64,000 bases of DNA from Lama glama. Its lineage: Eukaryota. The notes beneath the pieces were generated by a model. The model was not told the DNA's origin. It worked only from the letters and a program-made list of their open reading frames with translations, and searched no databases. The stretch covers positions 17,670,001 to 17,734,000 of the forward strand of contig CM052820.1 of NCBI GenBank assembly GCA_028534125.1, given 5' to 3'. Positions within the stretch are counted from its first letter, which is position 1; every line of letters begins with the position of its first letter. Below are positions 61,950 to 64,000 of the stretch, in pieces. A program made the position numbers and the translations under genes.

Positions 61950-63351
61950 GGGTCGGGACGCTATCCCCACACTGAACAGCTGTCTGGACTGCAACACAGC
62001 GATCACCACACAGAGCTCCGCAGACTGATGCTGGCTTTTTACCTTTCTGCCCGCCGTTGTCAGACTGATAGTGATAACTCTTTTACATGCTCTCATGGAC
62101 TCAGCAAGATTATACTAAGAACATTTTGACAAAAAGTGGAAATGAGTAGGATTCAGGCACTATTGGTTCCTTTTGTGTTACCACGCAGGGAAGGAAACCG
62201 TGTATTTTCTTTGCCAGTTGCTGTCATGCTTATAGGGTGCAGGGTGTGATTACCTATAGGAGAGTGTGCTCCTTAGTGACCTTTTCTTGGTGGTGACACA
62301 ATGTTTCCAACAAAGAAACTAATTACAGTAGAGACTGTATGCAGCATGGATTAGGGTTGCCTAATTAAATTTTATCTCATGGCTGACAGCTATGAATATG
62401 TTTAAAGAATTTGTTGTGAAAGCTCCTCTTATGTTTACTACTGTGATTCAGCCTCCGTGTGGTGAGATTATAGTTCAGGAGGTGCCTGACACCGTAGGGA
62501 TAATGCTAGCTCATGCTGTGTGTGCAGATGTGTGTATAGATGTGTGTGTGTGTATGTGCACGTGCACATAGGCTGCCCTTTGGAATCTTTTAATGCATCA
62601 AACCCAGGCAGGGTGAAAGAGCTGTTTTCTCACTCACTAAGAAAGGTTTCTGCAGTTACCATAAAGCACAACCTCAGAAGGTCCTTCTTTACGTTAGTCA
62701 GTGTGTGACGGTTCTGACACGCAGTGCTTCACATTTTCACATGTGTGACAGCTGCTGCTCATGGAAACCTCATGAGGCTTGGGGCCTGGACTGAAAATAA
62801 CTCAAAGATAGACCTGGTGATAGTCATGGGCAACTGGATTAAGACATCACTGCTGTTTGGGAATCTGTGGATGATTCAGTAAACATTGACTAGGTGCCTG
62901 CTCTCTGCAGGTATTGTACTAGACTCTAAGAACACATAGATGCCCAAATGTTCATCAAAATGTTTGATGAAAAGCTGTCCATCTATTGGAGGTGACCATG
63001 AATAGGACTATAAACCAATAATTACATGTGGACATGTATACAAGATGTTAAATGGGAATACCGAGGAGGAAATGATTAATTCTACCTCAGATTAAAAAAG
63101 AAAATTGAGAGTGTAGAGTGGTTCAGGGGTCCACTACTGTGTTCAGGACTGTTGCATACAACCCTGCACTCTGTGCATGTTGGGCTTGGACCTCTCCAGA
63201 GGTGCCACCAGAAAGGTAAGCTTTGGAGTCACACAGCTCTGGGTGTGAATTTCAGTTCAACCATGAACAATCACTTGTTGTTATGTGACTGAGTAAGGAG
63301 TTTAACCTCTGTCAAACCTGGTTTCTTCCATTAAAATAGGAATACTGTTTA

Positions 63352-64000
63352 ACATTTTCTGATATAAATTATAGCAATATTTTCTTACATCAGTTTCCCT
63401 AGGTGAAAGATATAAAAGCAAAAATTAACAAATGCAACCTAATCAAACTTAAAAGCCTTTACACAGCAAAGGAAACTGTCAACAGAATGAAAAGACAACC
63501 TGTGGAATGGGAGAAAATATTTGCAAATGATGTGACCAACAAGGGGTTAATCCAAAATACACAAACATTTCACACAACNNNNNNNNNNNNNNNNNNNNNN
63601 NNNNNNNNNNNNNNNNNNNNNNNNNNNNNNNNNNNNNNNNNNNNNNNNNNNNNNNNNNNNNNNNNNNNNNNNNNNNNNNNNNNNNNNNNNNNNNNNNNNN
63701 NNNNNNNNNNNGCAAAGGAAAACCACAGTGAGGTATCACCTCATACCAGTCAGAAAGGCCGTCATCAAGAAGTCCTGCAAATAGTAACTGCCGGAAAGGG
63801 TGTGGGGAAAAGACAACCCTCCTACACTGTTGGTGGGAATGCAGTTTGGTCCAGCCACTACGGAAAACAGTACGGAGATTTCTTTAAGAATTAAAAACAG
63901 ACTTAACATATGCTCCAGCAATCCCACTCCTGGGCATATATGCAGAGGAAACTCTAATTTGAAAAGATACATGCACCCCAATGTTCATAGTAGCACTATT
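63352..64000 (+). mobile_element. 5'-truncated L1 (ORF2 C-terminal region), containing a gap at 63579-63711 and running off the window
   Basis: [38 protein letters not shown] is the L1 ORF2p C-terminus; also gatccagcaatcccactcctgggcatat-type text. Confidence 0.95.

Noticed and set aside
63403-63894. 163-aa ORF as a host gene
   Set aside because: It is an L1 ORF2 C-terminal fragment spanning a gap.
1-64000. CRISPR arrays, rRNA, NUMT or prokaryotic systems
   Set aside because: No regularly spaced repeat-spacer arrays and no rRNA-like or mitochondrial-like sequence were seen. The window is intron-containing mammalian DNA.

Overview
Mammalian genomic DNA, most likely camelid (two Vic-1-type tRNA-derived SINEs and a young camelid-type L1 3' end), with six assembly gaps. 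The main gene is NEMP2 (TMEM194B) on the minus strand. Eight coding exons (equivalent to human exons 2-9) were reconstructed by hand between 24370 and the stop at 12471. All introns are GT-AG and the phases are consistent (1172 nt in total). Exon 1 and its CpG-island promoter are not visible and probably sit in a gap. At the left edge, two well-spliced plus-strand coding exons (168-331, 871-1005) encode a 98-aa C-terminal module whose family I do not recognise. By synteny it belongs to the MFSD6 side of the locus, either as an alternative 3' end or as a separate small gene. Between the two convergent genes lie an old ERVL remnant and a MER41-like ERV1 copy that looks L1-retroposed: no 5' LTR, a 3' LTR cut at the polyA site, an A tail, and an inverted 5' pol segment. 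The right 40 kb is non-coding and repeat-rich (L1, L2, MIR, MaLR, solo LTRs, Tigger7/MER44, a decayed ERVL provirus). It also holds a 161-bp inverted duplication of unique sequence at 33960-34748. No CRISPR, rRNA or genuine tRNA genes were found. All repeat-family names come from recalled consensus sequences, not from database searches.
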